Positions 46,450 through 56,864 of a stretch of DNA of 64,000 bases are shown piece by piece (positions within the stretch are counted from its first letter, which is position 1; every line of letters begins with the position of its first letter). A program made the translations under genes and the position numbers. A model generated the notes under the pieces. It was given only the letters and a program-made list of their open reading frames with translations. It did not search any database and had not been told where the DNA came from. The stretch is from NCBI GenBank assembly GCA_963816355.1, contig CAWFKH010000003.1, positions 128,001 through 192,000 on the forward strand, read 5' to 3'. Origin of the DNA: an uncultured Gemmatimonadales bacterium. GTDB taxonomy: Bacteria > Gemmatimonadota > Gemmatimonadetes > Longimicrobiales > RSA9.

Positions 46450-47016
46450 TCAGCTCTTGCGCGTGCCGCGGCGCCACGCCTCCAGCTCCGACGTCGCCCG
46501 GTCGAGGATCTCCTGCAGCCCGTGCACCGCCTCCCGATCGCCCGCCGCCTCCATCGCCCGCTCGAAGCTCACCTGCGCCAGCCGCACGAACGAACGCGTC
46601 AGATCGCCCATCCCGCGTCCCGAAAACGCCGCTCCGAAGTCGCTCACCCGGTCCGTCACGTCGTCCACCCGCTCGCTGTTCTCCTCCAGGAAGCGCCGCC
46701 CCTCCTCCGTGATCCGGTACACCCGCTTCCCCTCCACCTCCTCCGACGTCACGTGCCCCTGGTCCTGCAGCATCTGCAGCACCGGGTACACTGACCCCGC
46801 GCTCGCCGAGTAGAAGCCCCCCGCCTCCTCCTCCAGTCGCTGCATCACCTCGTACCCGTGCATCGGCGCCTCCGCCAGCAGCGACAGCACCATGTACTTC
46901 AAGTCGCCGCGCTCGAAGACCCGCCGCCGCCGCCGCGGCCCCGCCCGAAAGCGGAACCCCGGACCGCACGCCGACGCCCACGTGTTGAAGTCGAATCCCC
47001 CGTGCCGCGGTCCCAT
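46450..47016 (-). CDS. PadR-family transcriptional regulator
   Basis: RGDLKYMVLSLLAEAPMHGYEVM, GSVYPVL, KRVYRITEEGR. Confidence 0.9.
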   Translation of the reverse strand: MGPRHGGFDFNTWASACGPGFRFRAGPRRRRRVFERGDLKYMVLSLLAEAPMHGYEVMQRLEEEAGGFYSASAGSVYPVLQMLQDQGHVTSEEVEGKRVYRITEEGRRFLEENSERVDDVTDRVSDFGAAFSGRGMGDLTRSFVRLAQVSFERAMEAAGDREAVHGLQEILDRATSELEAWRRGTRKS

Positions 47017-47118
47017 CGCTCGCCTCCCGTTCCGCTGGATGCGGGGCGCTGCGTCCGTCCCGGTCCGCGTCGCAACCGCGCGCGCCGGACGTCGGCCCTC
47101 ATCGGCCCCGTTCCTTAC

Positions 47119-47140
47119 CGATACGATACGATATATCGCG
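47119..47140. promoter_or_regulatory. AT-rich palindrome upstream of padR (probable operator/promoter)
   Basis: CGATA-CGATA-CGATATATCG; perfect palindrome CGATATATCG at 47129-47138. Confidence 0.55.
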
Positions 47141-47226
47141 AAGTTTCGGAAGGGCACGACCGCCGGCCGCGGTGCGGCCGGCGTCGTGCCGATGTCAGCC
47201 GCCGGAGATGCCGTCGGCCGTGCGGG

Positions 47227-47469
47227 CTACTCCTCGCGCTTCCGCGGTTCGTTGGACTCGGTCGCCTTGCGTGCGGCCTCGCCGGCCTTGCGCTCGACCT
47301 TGCCGGCCGCCTCGCGGGCGGCGCCCTTCGTCTCGGTGGAGCGGTCCTTGACGACGCGACCCGCCTCACGCTCGACCTTGCCGGCGGCCTCGCGAGCGGC
47401 GCCCTTCACCTCATGCTCGGTGCCTTCGCGATGCGCTTCGCGCTTGATGTCGCGGCTGGTGTCTCCCAT
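47227..47469 (-). CDS. Small CsbD-like hydrophilic stress protein
   Basis: 80 aa with duplicated KGAAREAAGKVER; GGGAGG RBS. Confidence 0.7.
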   Translation of the reverse strand: MGDTSRDIKREAHREGTEHEVKGAAREAAGKVEREAGRVVKDRSTETKGAAREAAGKVERKAGEAARKATESNEPRKREE

Positions 47470-47633
47470 GGGATCCTCCCTTTTGGATTTCCGTTGGTGC
47501 CCGCGAGAGCGGGCGATGGGAGATAGGGCAGGGACCGTGCCGTGGCTCGGGATCGCGGCGGGTGGCGGGAGGAGGGAGCGGGGCGGCAGGTGGGGGGAAA
47601 GCGGCGGGGAGGGAGAAGGATGGGACGGTGCGG

Positions 47634-48497
47634 TCAGCGCCAGAGGGGAGCGTTCTCCTCGGCGAAGGCGCGGAAGGTGCGCGGCGGGCGGCCGAGGACG
47701 CGGGCGACGTCGTCGGTGGTGCGCTGGCGGCGGCCTTGGCGGATGGAGCGGAAGAAGTCGACGGCGACGTCGATGGCGCGCTCGTTGGCGCCGGCTTCGC
47801 GGAGGCGCTGGCGGTAGGCGTCGTCGTCGAGGGAGTCGTAACGGATGGGGCGGCCGACGGCGGCGGAGAGGGTGCGGGTGATGTCGCCGGGCGCGAGCGA
47901 ATCGGGCCCGGTGAGGGTGTAGGCGTGGCGGTCGTGCGCCGGATCGGTGAGTGCGGCGGCGGCGACGGCGGCGACGTCGCGGCCGTCGACGAAGCTGACG
48001 CGGGCGGCGCCGGCGGGCGCGGCGAGGACGCCGTCCTCGCGGAGGGAGGGGCGGAGGAAAGCGGAAGTGAAGTTCTGCATGTAGAGGTTGGGGCGGAGGA
48101 AGGTGAATCGGATGCCGAGGCGTTCGATGTGGTTTTCGAGGCGGTGGAGGGCGAGGTCCTCGACCTGCTCCGCGTCCATGGCGGAGAGGAGGACGATCGC
48201 GTTGACGCCGGCCTGGACGGCCCAGTCGAGGAGGGGCAGGAGGGTCTCGTAGGCGTCGGGGTCGAAGGGGGCCGGGGCGAGGAAGATGCGGTCGACCCAC
48301 TGGACGGCGGCGTCGTACGTCTCGGTGGCGGCGTAGTCGAGCTCGATCACCTCGACGGCGTCGCCGAAGAGGGAGCGGGCGCGCTGGGGACTGCGGGTGG
48401 CGGCGCGGATGTCCGCGGCGCCGCGGGCCGCGAGGAGGCGGACGAGCTCGCGGCCGACGGTGCCGGTGGCGCCGGTGACGAGGATGCGGTCGCTCAT
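47634..48497 (-). CDS. NmrA-like / atypical SDR NAD(P)H-binding oxidoreductase
   Basis: ILVTGATGTVG, FLRPNLYMQN, SFVDGRDVA, YTLTGP. Confidence 0.88.
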   Translation of the reverse strand: MSDRILVTGATGTVGRELVRLLAARGAADIRAATRSPQRARSLFGDAVEVIELDYAATETYDAAVQWVDRIFLAPAPFDPDAYETLLPLLDWAVQAGVNAIVLLSAMDAEQVEDLALHRLENHIERLGIRFTFLRPNLYMQNFTSAFLRPSLREDGVLAAPAGAARVSFVDGRDVAAVAAAALTDPAHDRHAYTLTGPDSLAPGDITRTLSAAVGRPIRYDSLDDDAYRQRLREAGANERAIDVAVDFFRSIRQGRRQRTTDDVARVLGRPPRTFRAFAEENAPLWR

Positions 48498-48655
48498 CGG
48501 TGCGTCTCCTCGGTCGACGGTCGCTCCTTCGTGAACGCGGGTGGCGAAGGTTCCCGAAAGATGCGGGGACACCGCATGAGCGCACAACCGTCGGGAGGCT
48601 GGCCGGCGCGGCGCTCGATCGCGGACACGGCCTCGAGCGCTGACGCGGCGCCGAG

Positions 48656-51600
48656 TCAGCGCGCGGCGGCCGCGTCGATGCGGCGGAGGTCGCTCGCCAG
48701 ACGGCGCCGCGCCTGCTCCAGGGCGGCCGCGCCGACGGGGCCTGGCGCCTCGCCCGCCGGCACCGGCCGTCCCGAGCGGGCGAAGAAGAACGTGAGCTCC
48801 GCGGGCGGCGCCGGTCCGAGCGCCGCCGCGGCGAGCAGGTACACGTCCCTCTGCGCCTCGTACTCGCGCGCCCGCTGTGTCTCGCGGCCGGCGGCGCGCG
48901 CGGACTTGTAGTCGACGATGCGCAGCAGCGGCGGCTCCGCGTCGATGGCCACCAGGTCGAGCGCACCGTGCATCACGGCGGGCGCTCCGGCGCCACGGGC
49001 GACCCACGTGAAGGCGAGCTCGCGCTCGTGGCGGGGCGCGCGGAGGAGCGGCGCGACTCGCGGATGCGACGCGGTGGCCGTGATCATGCCGCGCAGCTCG
49101 GCCCGGAGCCGGTCGCGGAGCGTCGCCGGCGCGCCTTCGCCGATGCGGCCGCCCAGCTCGAGGTCGAGGATGCGGTCGAGTTCGGCGAGCAGCTCGAGCC
49201 GCTCCAGGACGCCGTGCAGGACGTCCCCGATCAGGCGCGCGGTGGCGTGCGGCACGAGCAGGTCGAGCTGCTCGTCCGCGATCGGCTCGGCCGCCGCGGC
49301 GCCGTCCGCGGCGAGGGGTGCGGCGGCGGACCACTCCGCCGGCGGCAGGCCGAGCGCGTAGATCCTGCGGTGCTCCGCCGGCCGGTTGCGAAGGATCACC
49401 AGCTCGGTGGCGGAGTGCACGCGCAGGGCGGGCCGCGGCGCGACCGGGGCGAGGCGGCGCGCGAGAGCCGCGTCGATCGGCCCGGCGACGACCGTATCCG
49501 GCGTGGGCGGCGCCGGCGCTTCGAGCGCGGCAGCCGCGATCGGCTCCACGTCGACGACCGGGCCGCTCCAGGTGCGGCCGCCGTCCTGGTAGGCGAAGCG
49601 GCCTCGGGAGAACTCGAGGCCGTGAAGCAGCCACGCGTCGGCGTGCTTCGCCGCGCGCACGGCTTCCGGCCCCGCCGCCGGCGCGGCGGTGTCGCCGCAG
49701 AGGATCAAGCGGTCCTTCGCGCGCGTCGCGGCGACGTAGAGCACGCGTTTCTCCTCGGCGCGGGAGAGCGCGCTCTCGCGCGCCTTCAACCAGGCGTAGG
49801 CGCCCGGCGAGTCGCCGCCCTGCGGCGTCCATTGCAGCCCGATCCCGGCGTCCGGGTCGATGAAGAGCGGAGGCGACTCGCGGCCGCCGAGCTCGATGTC
49901 GCGCGCGCCGTCGGCGAGCACGACCACCGGCCATTCGAGACCCTTCGCCTGGTGCACCGTCGTGAGGGTGACGACGTCGTCCTCCCGGCTCTGCACGGCC
50001 GCCTCCGCCTCGTGGCCGCTGTCGGCGCGCTCGGCGATCATCTCGAGCAGCTCGCGGATCGAGCTGCCGGGGTGCGACTCCGCGATGCCGACCAGCTTGC
50101 GGAGGTTGGCCAGGGCGACGTCGCCGTCCGCCTGGAGCAGGAGGTGCGCCGCGTAGCCGGCGCGGCCGAGCGCCCTTTCCAGCAGCGCCGCCGCCGGGAT
50201 GCGGTCTCGCAGCGACAGCAGCGACTCCCACCATTCGGCCGCCCAGGCGAGGCGCGCGGCTTCGGCCGGCTCCGGCAGCGATTGCGATCGCAGCGCCCGT
50301 CGCAGGCGGCGTGGGCCCGCGATGCGCAGCCGCAGGAGCGACGCGTCGGTGAGAGCGACGAAGGGCGAGCGCAGCACTCCGGCGAGCGCGACGTCGTCGT
50401 CCGGGTCCGCGAGCGCGGCGAGCAGCAGACGGACGTCGCGCACCTCGCGGCGCGCGAAGAAGGAGGCGTTTCCCGCCACGACGTACGGGATGCCGTGGCG
50501 CCGGAACGCCGCCTCGTAGATGGGCAGCGCGGTGCGCGCGCGGAAGAGCACCGCGAAGTCGCTCCAGCGCGGCGCGCGAGGCGGGGCGCTCGCGTCCTCG
50601 CGGACGACAGACTCGTCGTGCCGCAGCTCGAGGAGCCGCGCGGCCACCCGCTCCGCCTCGGACTCGCGCCGCGCGGGCGCCGTGTCGCCCCGCGCGGGGA
50701 TCACCTCGACGGCGCCGTCGTCGTCTGGGACGACACGGTTCTGCCCGACCTGGAGCGGCGCGTAGGCGATCTCGTGGCCCGCTTCCGCCGCGGCCGCGTC
50801 GGCCGCGGCCTCGCCCATGACGGCGCCGAAGACGGCGTTCACGTACGCGACGATCGGGGCGCGGCTGCGGAAGCTGGTGTCGAGCGGGATCGTTTCGCCG
50901 CCCGCGGCGAGGATCTCACGCTCCACGTCGCCCCAGAGCGCGACGTCCGCGCGACGGAAGCGGTAGATCGACTGCTTCGGATCGCCCACGACGCAGAGGC
51001 GCGGCGCGGCAGGCTCGCCGCCCGGAAGGCCGCAGATGGCGTAGGCGATCTCGACCTGGGCGCGGTCGGTGTCCTGAAACTCGTCGACGAACAGCCAGCG
51101 CAGCCGCGAGCGCAGCGCGTGCCTCACGTCCGGGCGGTCGCGGAGCAGGTCGCGGGCGCGGTAGACGAGCGCGTCGAAGTCGAGGGCGCGTTCGCGGTCG
51201 AGGGCCGCGTCCAGGCGGTGGCGGGCGGCGATGCCGATCTCGAGCAGGCGGCCGGCGAGGCGAGCCGCGTCGTCGTCGTTCGGCAGCCACGCACCGCCCC
51301 CCGCCTCGACGGCGCGGCGCAGCGCCGGCGCCGCGTCGCCGCTGCCCCAGCGGTCGTACGCGAGGCGCGCCCCCTCGCCGCCGGCGGCGAGGCCGTCGAC
51401 GATCGCACGCGTTCGGCGCAGGCCGAACGCGACGACGACACTCGCGACGTCTGCGTCACCGCCGCGCAGGCGCGCGATCACCTCCTCCGCGACGGCGTCG
51501 TGGCGGAGCAGGGAAGCCTCCGCCTCGTCGAGGACGCGGAAGGAGGGGTCGAGGCCGGCGCGCAGTCCGAACTCGCGCAGCATGCGGGCGCAGAAGGCGT

Positions 51601-51925
51601 GGATGGTGCCGATGCGCGCGCGCTCGACCTCGTGGACGCGGTCGCGCCACTCCCGTGTGCCGGTGCGTCGCGCGACGCCGCGCAGCTCGCGCCGCAGCGA
51701 CGCCTTCAGCTCCGCCGCGGCGGCGTTGGTGAAGGTGATCGCCGCGATCTGGCCGAGCTCGCAGCGCGCGGCCGCCGGCGTCTCCCCGGTGCCGACGTCG
51801 GCGCCGAGGAGGTGGACGATCTTGGCGACGAGCGTGGAGGTCTTGCCGGAGCCGGCGCCCGCGCTCAGCATCGTGTGGCCGCGGGCGGCGATCGCGCGGC
51901 GCTGGTTGCTCGTCCAGTCGGTCAT
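48656..51925 (-). CDS. addA: AddA-like UvrD helicase/RecB-type nuclease
   Basis: AGAGSGKT, AITFT, TIHAFC, VDEFQDT, VGDPKQSIYRFR, TVHQAKGLEW, YVAATRA, GALD...VDYKS. Confidence 0.88.
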   Translation of the reverse strand: MTDWTSNQRRAIAARGHTMLSAGAGSGKTSTLVAKIVHLLGADVGTGETPAAARCELGQIAAITFTNAAAAELKASLRRELRGVARRTGTREWRDRVHEVERARIGTIHAFCARMLREFGLRAGLDPSFRVLDEAEASLLRHDAVAEEVIARLRGGDADVASVVVAFGLRRTRAIVDGLAAGGEGARLAYDRWGSGDAAPALRRAVEAGGGAWLPNDDDAARLAGRLLEIGIAARHRLDAALDRERALDFDALVYRARDLLRDRPDVRHALRSRLRWLFVDEFQDTDRAQVEIAYAICGLPGGEPAAPRLCVVGDPKQSIYRFRRADVALWGDVEREILAAGGETIPLDTSFRSRAPIVAYVNAVFGAVMGEAAADAAAAEAGHEIAYAPLQVGQNRVVPDDDGAVEVIPARGDTAPARRESEAERVAARLLELRHDESVVREDASAPPRAPRWSDFAVLFRARTALPIYEAAFRRHGIPYVVAGNASFFARREVRDVRLLLAALADPDDDVALAGVLRSPFVALTDASLLRLRIAGPRRLRRALRSQSLPEPAEAARLAWAAEWWESLLSLRDRIPAAALLERALGRAGYAAHLLLQADGDVALANLRKLVGIAESHPGSSIRELLEMIAERADSGHEAEAAVQSREDDVVTLTTVHQAKGLEWPVVVLADGARDIELGGRESPPLFIDPDAGIGLQWTPQGGDSPGAYAWLKARESALSRAEEKRVLYVAATRAKDRLILCGDTAAPAAGPEAVRAAKHADAWLLHGLEFSRGRFAYQDGGRTWSGPVVDVEPIAAAALEAPAPPTPDTVVAGPIDAALARRLAPVAPRPALRVHSATELVILRNRPAEHRRIYALGLPPAEWSAAAPLAADGAAAAEPIADEQLDLLVPHATARLIGDVLHGVLERLELLAELDRILDLELGGRIGEGAPATLRDRLRAELRGMITATASHPRVAPLLRAPRHERELAFTWVARGAGAPAVMHGALDLVAIDAEPPLLRIVDYKSARAAGRETQRAREYEAQRDVYLLAAAALGPAPPAELTFFFARSGRPVPAGEAPGPVGAAALEQARRRLASDLRRIDAAAAR

Positions 51926-54900
51926 CGCCGCTCCACCCTGTCCTCGCGGCAGATCTCGATGAACTCGCACCAGGGGGGGCAAGTGCAGCGCGGCGGGATG
52001 GCGGCCGGGAAGCGGCCGGCGCGGATCGCGTCGGCGATGTCGAGCGCGCGCTCTGGGGCGCGCGAGATGCGCTCGGCGGCGCGGTCGCGTTCGGCGCTGC
52101 CGCCCTCCTTGACTCCGTCCTTCAGGATGTTGCGGGGGTGCAGGCGGGCGGCGGGCCGCGCGGGGCGCGGCGCGATCACCTGGTAGGACCCGCCCCACAC
52201 CTGCGCGCCGGGGCGGATGCGCCCGAGTGCGTGCAGGTAGAGCGGGAGCTGCAGCAGCGCGCCCGACTCGTACTTCGAGTGCGGTTCGAGCGATCCCCCG
52301 CCGCTCTTGTGGTCGACCACGTAGAGCCAGCCGCGCACCCCGTCCTCGATCAGCTCGTCGACGCGGTCGATGCGACCGCGCAGGCGCAGCACCCGCTCGC
52401 CGTCTGTGATCTCGACGGGCGGCTCGCCGTCGCGGCCGAACACGAGCTCGAACGCGACCGGCTGGCGGCGTGGGACGCGGCGCCAGCCGCTCGCCCCGTT
52501 CTCTGCGGCTTCCCAGCGGACGTACGCCTCCAGCGCGCGCCGCATGTGGTCACGCAGCACGCCGACGAGCGCCTCCTCGCCGGTCCAGGCGCGCGCCGCC
52601 TGCTCCGCGAGGACGTCGTCGAGGATCGTCGGCAAGCGCGCGACCGCCGCTTCGACGCGCGTCGCGTCCAGCGCCTCCTCGCCGAAGCCCGCCGCCATCT
52701 CCCGGTGCAGGCGCTCCAGCGCAGCGTGGTAGACGGTGCCCCGCGTCGCGGCGTCGATCTCCTCCTCCGGCTCCTCGATCGCCGCAAGGCGCAGCACGTC
52801 GGCGCCGAAGAAGGTGAAGGGGCAGAAGCCGTAGCGCTCGAGCCGGCTCGCGCTCCACACGGCGTCGCCGTAGCGCGCCTCGAGCCAGGCGCGCAGGTCG
52901 GGATCGTCGATCGCGCCGTCGTAGGCGTGCGGAACGCGGGAGAGCGCCGGGGAGCGGCGATGGCCGGCACGGAGCCACTCGACCCGCGCGCCGTGCAGCG
53001 CACGCCGGACGACGTCGCCCTCCACTTCCCACGCGCCGCGCAGCGCGGCGAGCGCCGGAGCGGACGCCCCGGGCGGTCGCAGGACGTCATCCTCGGCGGT
53101 GGCCCCGGCGCCGTCGCGCCACGCGCGCGCCCCGAAGAGGAGCGCGTCGTCGGCGCACCAGACGTCGTCGATGGACGCGGGCGCGAGACGGGAGCCGGGC
53201 ACGCGCTCCAGCCAATGATCGAGCGGATCCGCCTCTCCGGGGCGGAGCAGCGCCGCCACCTCCTCCAGGTAGGGCGAGGGCAGCCGGGGCGTGCCGGCCG
53301 CGTCGGCGCTGGCGTAGGAGAGGTGCAGCGACCGCCTGGCCCCCGTCGCCACCGCGCGGAAGAGCGACGCCTCACGGGCGAGCCATTCCTGCGCCGGCTC
53401 GAGCGGCAGCCCGGCGGCGCGCAGCGTCTCCGTCTCCGCGTCGGTGAAGAGCCCGCCGCGCGGCGGCTCCACGGGAAACTCGCCGGCGGCGAGGCCGACG
53501 AGGTGGACGTGCTCGAAGGTGCGTCCGACGGCCGCGAGGGCCTCCAGCACCTGGACGCCGTGGCGCTGCGGCGTCCACGCCGCGAGCTCGCCTTCCTCGA
53601 GCGTGGCGGCGAGCTCGCGCAGCCACGCCGCGGGGTCCAGTTCGGCATCTTCGGTCCGGTCGAGGCGCAGCGCCCGCCGCCACGCAGCGAGCAGGTCGCG
53701 CGCGGTGCGCAGCGCGGCGACATCGAGGCGGACGGCCTGGACCCTCTCCTCGTCCGACTCGTGGCGCGCGTGCAGGCGAGCCGCCGCCCGCGCGAGCCCC
53801 CACAGCCCCGGCCGCTCCTCGCCGGGGAGGTCGCCCGCTCCGAGGTAGTCGAGGCAGAGCCCGATCCACTCGGAGCGGCGGTGCGCCGACTCCAGGGCCG
53901 GCGCCTCGCGCATCAGCGGCTCGAACGCTTGCAGCGCCGCCCGCACGCGCTCGGCTGCGGGGCCGTGGTACCTCCTGCCGGCGTCGCCGCCGTCGTCTTC
54001 CGCGATCTCCTCCGCGGCGGTCGCCTCGACGAGCAGCGCCGCCACCGCTCCGCGCCACTCGTCCAGGGTGCGCGGGCGGCCACGCGCGGCGATGTGGGCG
54101 AAGACACCCGCGTCGAGGTGGAGGTCGAAATACGGCGATTCCGCCACCTCGATCAGAGCGCGCCGGCTCCACCCCTCGGCGCCGAGCCGCACCACGCGAA
54201 GCACCGCGGCGATCACGGGGATCTCCGCCAGGCGATAGCGGAGGCGCGCCGTCACCGGGATGCCGTGCCGCCTCAGCTCCTGCACGGCCCGGGGTCCGTC
54301 CGGCCGCAGACCGCGGACGACGACGGCGATCTCGTCCGGCCGCGCGCCGTCGTGGATACGGCGCTTCACCACCCGCGCGACCGCCTGCAGCGTGCGCGCG
54401 AGGTCCGGCGCCGCCAGCGCGACGACCGCCGCCTCGCGAGGCAAGGGCGCGTGGCCGCCCGCCGCGGCGCTCGCCTCCGCCGGCTCGACGTCGCCGAACA
54501 GGTCGTCGCGCAGCCGCGCGAGCGCGCCGCTGCGCGGACTGCCCGGCAGCGCCACGACGTCGTCGGCCCGCTCGCGCAGCGCGTCGAGGAGCGTGAGCTC
54601 GGACAGGTCTCCCCTCGCGCCGCCGGTCGTCGTGGGCGCCGCGAGGTAGACGCGCAGCTCGTCGATGAAAGGCGCCGCGCGCAGCGCCTGGAGGAGCAGA
54701 CCCCAGCCGCCGCCGAGATCGGCGAGGCCGTAGACGGCGAGAGAGGCGCGGCCCGCCGCGGAGAAGGGCGCCCGCAGGCGTCGCGCGACGGCGTCCGGCT
54801 CGTCGCGGACCGCCTCGGCCGCGATGGCGGCGAGGTCGCGGCCGTCGCAGCGCGCGACGCCGTCGAGCGGACCCAGCGCGGCGAGCGCCCCGTTCCATTC

Positions 54901-55371
54901 GGCGTAGAGCGCGGCGAGCTGGCGGTCCCGCTCGCGCGCCCAGCCGTCCGCTTCGTGGCCGAGCGCGCCGCGCAACGTCCCGGCGAAGCGGTCCGGTGAG
55001 ACGCGCTCCGCGCGCAGGCGGCCGAACAGCCGGTCGAGCGCGCCGACGAACCCGCCGAGCGAGCGCAGGCCGGGGAACGCACCGGTCGTGCGGATGGCGG
55101 ACCGCAGGAGGACTTCGCGCTCGAAGACGGAGAGCGGCGCGGCGTCGCCGGCGATCTGCTCGAGCAACTCGCGGAAGACGACGACGGGGCTTCCGAGCCA
55201 GCCGTCGCGGGCGCCGCTCGCGAGCGCGGCGACGACGTCGTCGCGGACGCCGCCCTGGCGCACGGCCAGGAGCGGAGGCGGCGCATCGGAGTGCGGCGCG
55301 AGGAGCGGCTCCGCGGCGTGGCGGAGGAGCGCGTCGGCGTCGGGAGCGTGGAAGAGAAGGAATCGGGCCAT
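51922..55371 (-). CDS. addB: AddB-like partner with PD-(D/E)xK nuclease and Fe-S cysteines
   Basis: SASRLERYGFCPF, LRGRIDRVD, VVDHKSG, LQLPLY, C-terminal CTCPPWCEFIEICR; ATGA overlap with addA. Confidence 0.82.
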   Translation of the reverse strand: MARFLLFHAPDADALLRHAAEPLLAPHSDAPPPLLAVRQGGVRDDVVAALASGARDGWLGSPVVVFRELLEQIAGDAAPLSVFEREVLLRSAIRTTGAFPGLRSLGGFVGALDRLFGRLRAERVSPDRFAGTLRGALGHEADGWARERDRQLAALYAEWNGALAALGPLDGVARCDGRDLAAIAAEAVRDEPDAVARRLRAPFSAAGRASLAVYGLADLGGGWGLLLQALRAAPFIDELRVYLAAPTTTGGARGDLSELTLLDALRERADDVVALPGSPRSGALARLRDDLFGDVEPAEASAAAGGHAPLPREAAVVALAAPDLARTLQAVARVVKRRIHDGARPDEIAVVVRGLRPDGPRAVQELRRHGIPVTARLRYRLAEIPVIAAVLRVVRLGAEGWSRRALIEVAESPYFDLHLDAGVFAHIAARGRPRTLDEWRGAVAALLVEATAAEEIAEDDGGDAGRRYHGPAAERVRAALQAFEPLMREAPALESAHRRSEWIGLCLDYLGAGDLPGEERPGLWGLARAAARLHARHESDEERVQAVRLDVAALRTARDLLAAWRRALRLDRTEDAELDPAAWLRELAATLEEGELAAWTPQRHGVQVLEALAAVGRTFEHVHLVGLAAGEFPVEPPRGGLFTDAETETLRAAGLPLEPAQEWLAREASLFRAVATGARRSLHLSYASADAAGTPRLPSPYLEEVAALLRPGEADPLDHWLERVPGSRLAPASIDDVWCADDALLFGARAWRDGAGATAEDDVLRPPGASAPALAALRGAWEVEGDVVRRALHGARVEWLRAGHRRSPALSRVPHAYDGAIDDPDLRAWLEARYGDAVWSASRLERYGFCPFTFFGADVLRLAAIEEPEEEIDAATRGTVYHAALERLHREMAAGFGEEALDATRVEAAVARLPTILDDVLAEQAARAWTGEEALVGVLRDHMRRALEAYVRWEAAENGASGWRRVPRRQPVAFELVFGRDGEPPVEITDGERVLRLRGRIDRVDELIEDGVRGWLYVVDHKSGGGSLEPHSKYESGALLQLPLYLHALGRIRPGAQVWGGSYQVIAPRPARPAARLHPRNILKDGVKEGGSAERDRAAERISRAPERALDIADAIRAGRFPAAIPPRCTCPPWCEFIEICREDRVERR

Positions 55372-55568
55372 CCGGAAGCGCGCTGCGGGGGGCGCATTGC
55401 CGTCGCGGTGAAGGTAAGGCGGCGTGGCGGGGCAGGGAAGGCGGCGAACGGAAGGCGGCGGCTGCGCCGCGAGCATCTTGCGCGGCGGTCCGGGCGGGGG
55501 TTCCTTCAATGTGGACCGATCAACGGGAGCTGTGCGTGGCGACCTCTTTTCGCGCCTCGATCCGCCTC

Positions 55569-56864
55569 ATGCCGGGCGTGCACCTCGTCGCCGGGCGCGC
55601 CGTCGGCGCGATCTCCGTCGGCGTGCGAGGACCGACGCTCGCCGCCATGCCTGCGCCCGATGTGGACACGGAGCTCCCGCTGCTACGGGCCGGGGCCGCG
55701 TGGCGCGGCTCGCCCGCCCCCGCCGCCGGCCGCGCCGACTACCGCGCCCTCGCCCAGGCGTCCACGTCCGGCGACCGGCTCCGCATCTCGGAGATGGGGG
55801 AACGGGAGTGGCGCGCCGCGCGCATCTCCGCGCTGCGCTCGGTGCTCAGCGGCCGCGCCCGCGAGCCGTTCGACTGGGGAGCGCGTTGTGAGCCGCTGCC
55901 GGCGCTGGTGGTCGAAGGGTTCGACACGCCGGAAGAGACGCGGATCGACGAGCGCAGCCTGCGCCGGGAGGCCGCTCGGCGTCTGCCGTACTGGCCATGG
56001 GTGCTGAGCGTGGTCGCCGCCGTCGCCGTCGCCTTCTTCGCGCCGGTGCTCCCCGTGCGGGCGCTCGCCGTCTTCGTCGCGGCCGTGACGGCGCTTTTCA
56101 GCCTGCGGGTCCCGTTCTGGCGTGCCGCGCTGCGCGCCGATCTCCGCCTCGTCCGCGAACGCACCGAGCGTCAGCTCGTCGACACCGCCCGCCAGATGCA
56201 CGAAGCGGAGGAGCGCGCCCGGCGCGAGGCGTGGGCGGCGGCGCAGGAGCTGCGCCGCCGGCTGCGCGAGGCGGTCGAGCACGAGGACGCGGAGCCGCTC
56301 GCCGTGGTGCTCGCCATCGAGATGGCGCGGCAGGACCTGCCGGTCCCGGTCGTGTGCGAGCTCTCCTTCCCGACCGGCCTCACGGCCGCCGAAGTACGCC
56401 TCGTCCTGCCGCCGATCGCGGACATCCCGGGCGCGGCCCGCCGCGAGCCCGAGCCCGGCAAGGACTGGGTCGGGCCGCTCCCGCTCGCGGAGCGGTGGTC
56501 GGTGCACGCGGATCTGTGCTGTGGGCTCGCCCTCCGCATCGGAGCGGAGATCTTCCGCATCCTGCCGATGGTCGAGCGCCTCGATCTTCTCGGCACGCTC
56601 GATCCGCCCGACAATGCGGCGGGGCGCGGCCGCGGTGGCTTCGGCGGCGGCCGCGACGGCGTTGCGGCGGCCGACGTTGCCGTCCTCCACTACCGCGCGT
56701 CGCGCGACGACCTCGCCGGCGCGCTCGGCGGGCACGGCGTGGCGCCGGAGGACACGCTGCGCGAAGTGGGAGGCCGCTTCTCGCGCGACCAGCAGGGGCC
56801 GCGTCCGCTGGCGAGGGCCGCGCGGCCGGCGCCGGAGCCGCCCGACGGCGACCCGCCGGCCTAG
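55569..56864 (+). CDS. Hypothetical protein with two TM helices and a coiled coil; start uncertain
   Basis: Hydrophobic hairpin, R/E/A-rich helix, globular C-terminus (CGLALRIGAEIFRILP). Confidence 0.55.
   Translation: MPGVHLVAGRAVGAISVGVRGPTLAAMPAPDVDTELPLLRAGAAWRGSPAPAAGRADYRALAQASTSGDRLRISEMGEREWRAARISALRSVLSGRAREPFDWGARCEPLPALVVEGFDTPEETRIDERSLRREAARRLPYWPWVLSVVAAVAVAFFAPVLPVRALAVFVAAVTALFSLRVPFWRAALRADLRLVRERTERQLVDTARQMHEAEERARREAWAAAQELRRRLREAVEHEDAEPLAVVLAIEMARQDLPVPVVCELSFPTGLTAAEVRLVLPPIADIPGAARREPEPGKDWVGPLPLAERWSVHADLCCGLALRIGAEIFRILPMVERLDLLGTLDPPDNAAGRGRGGFGGGRDGVAAADVAVLHYRASRDDLAGALGGHGVAPEDTLREVGGRFSRDQQGPRPLARAARPAPEPPDGDPPA

Noticed and set aside
48656..55371. Helicase-nuclease pair as a defence system
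   Set aside because: Order, sizes and motifs fit housekeeping AddAB recombination repair
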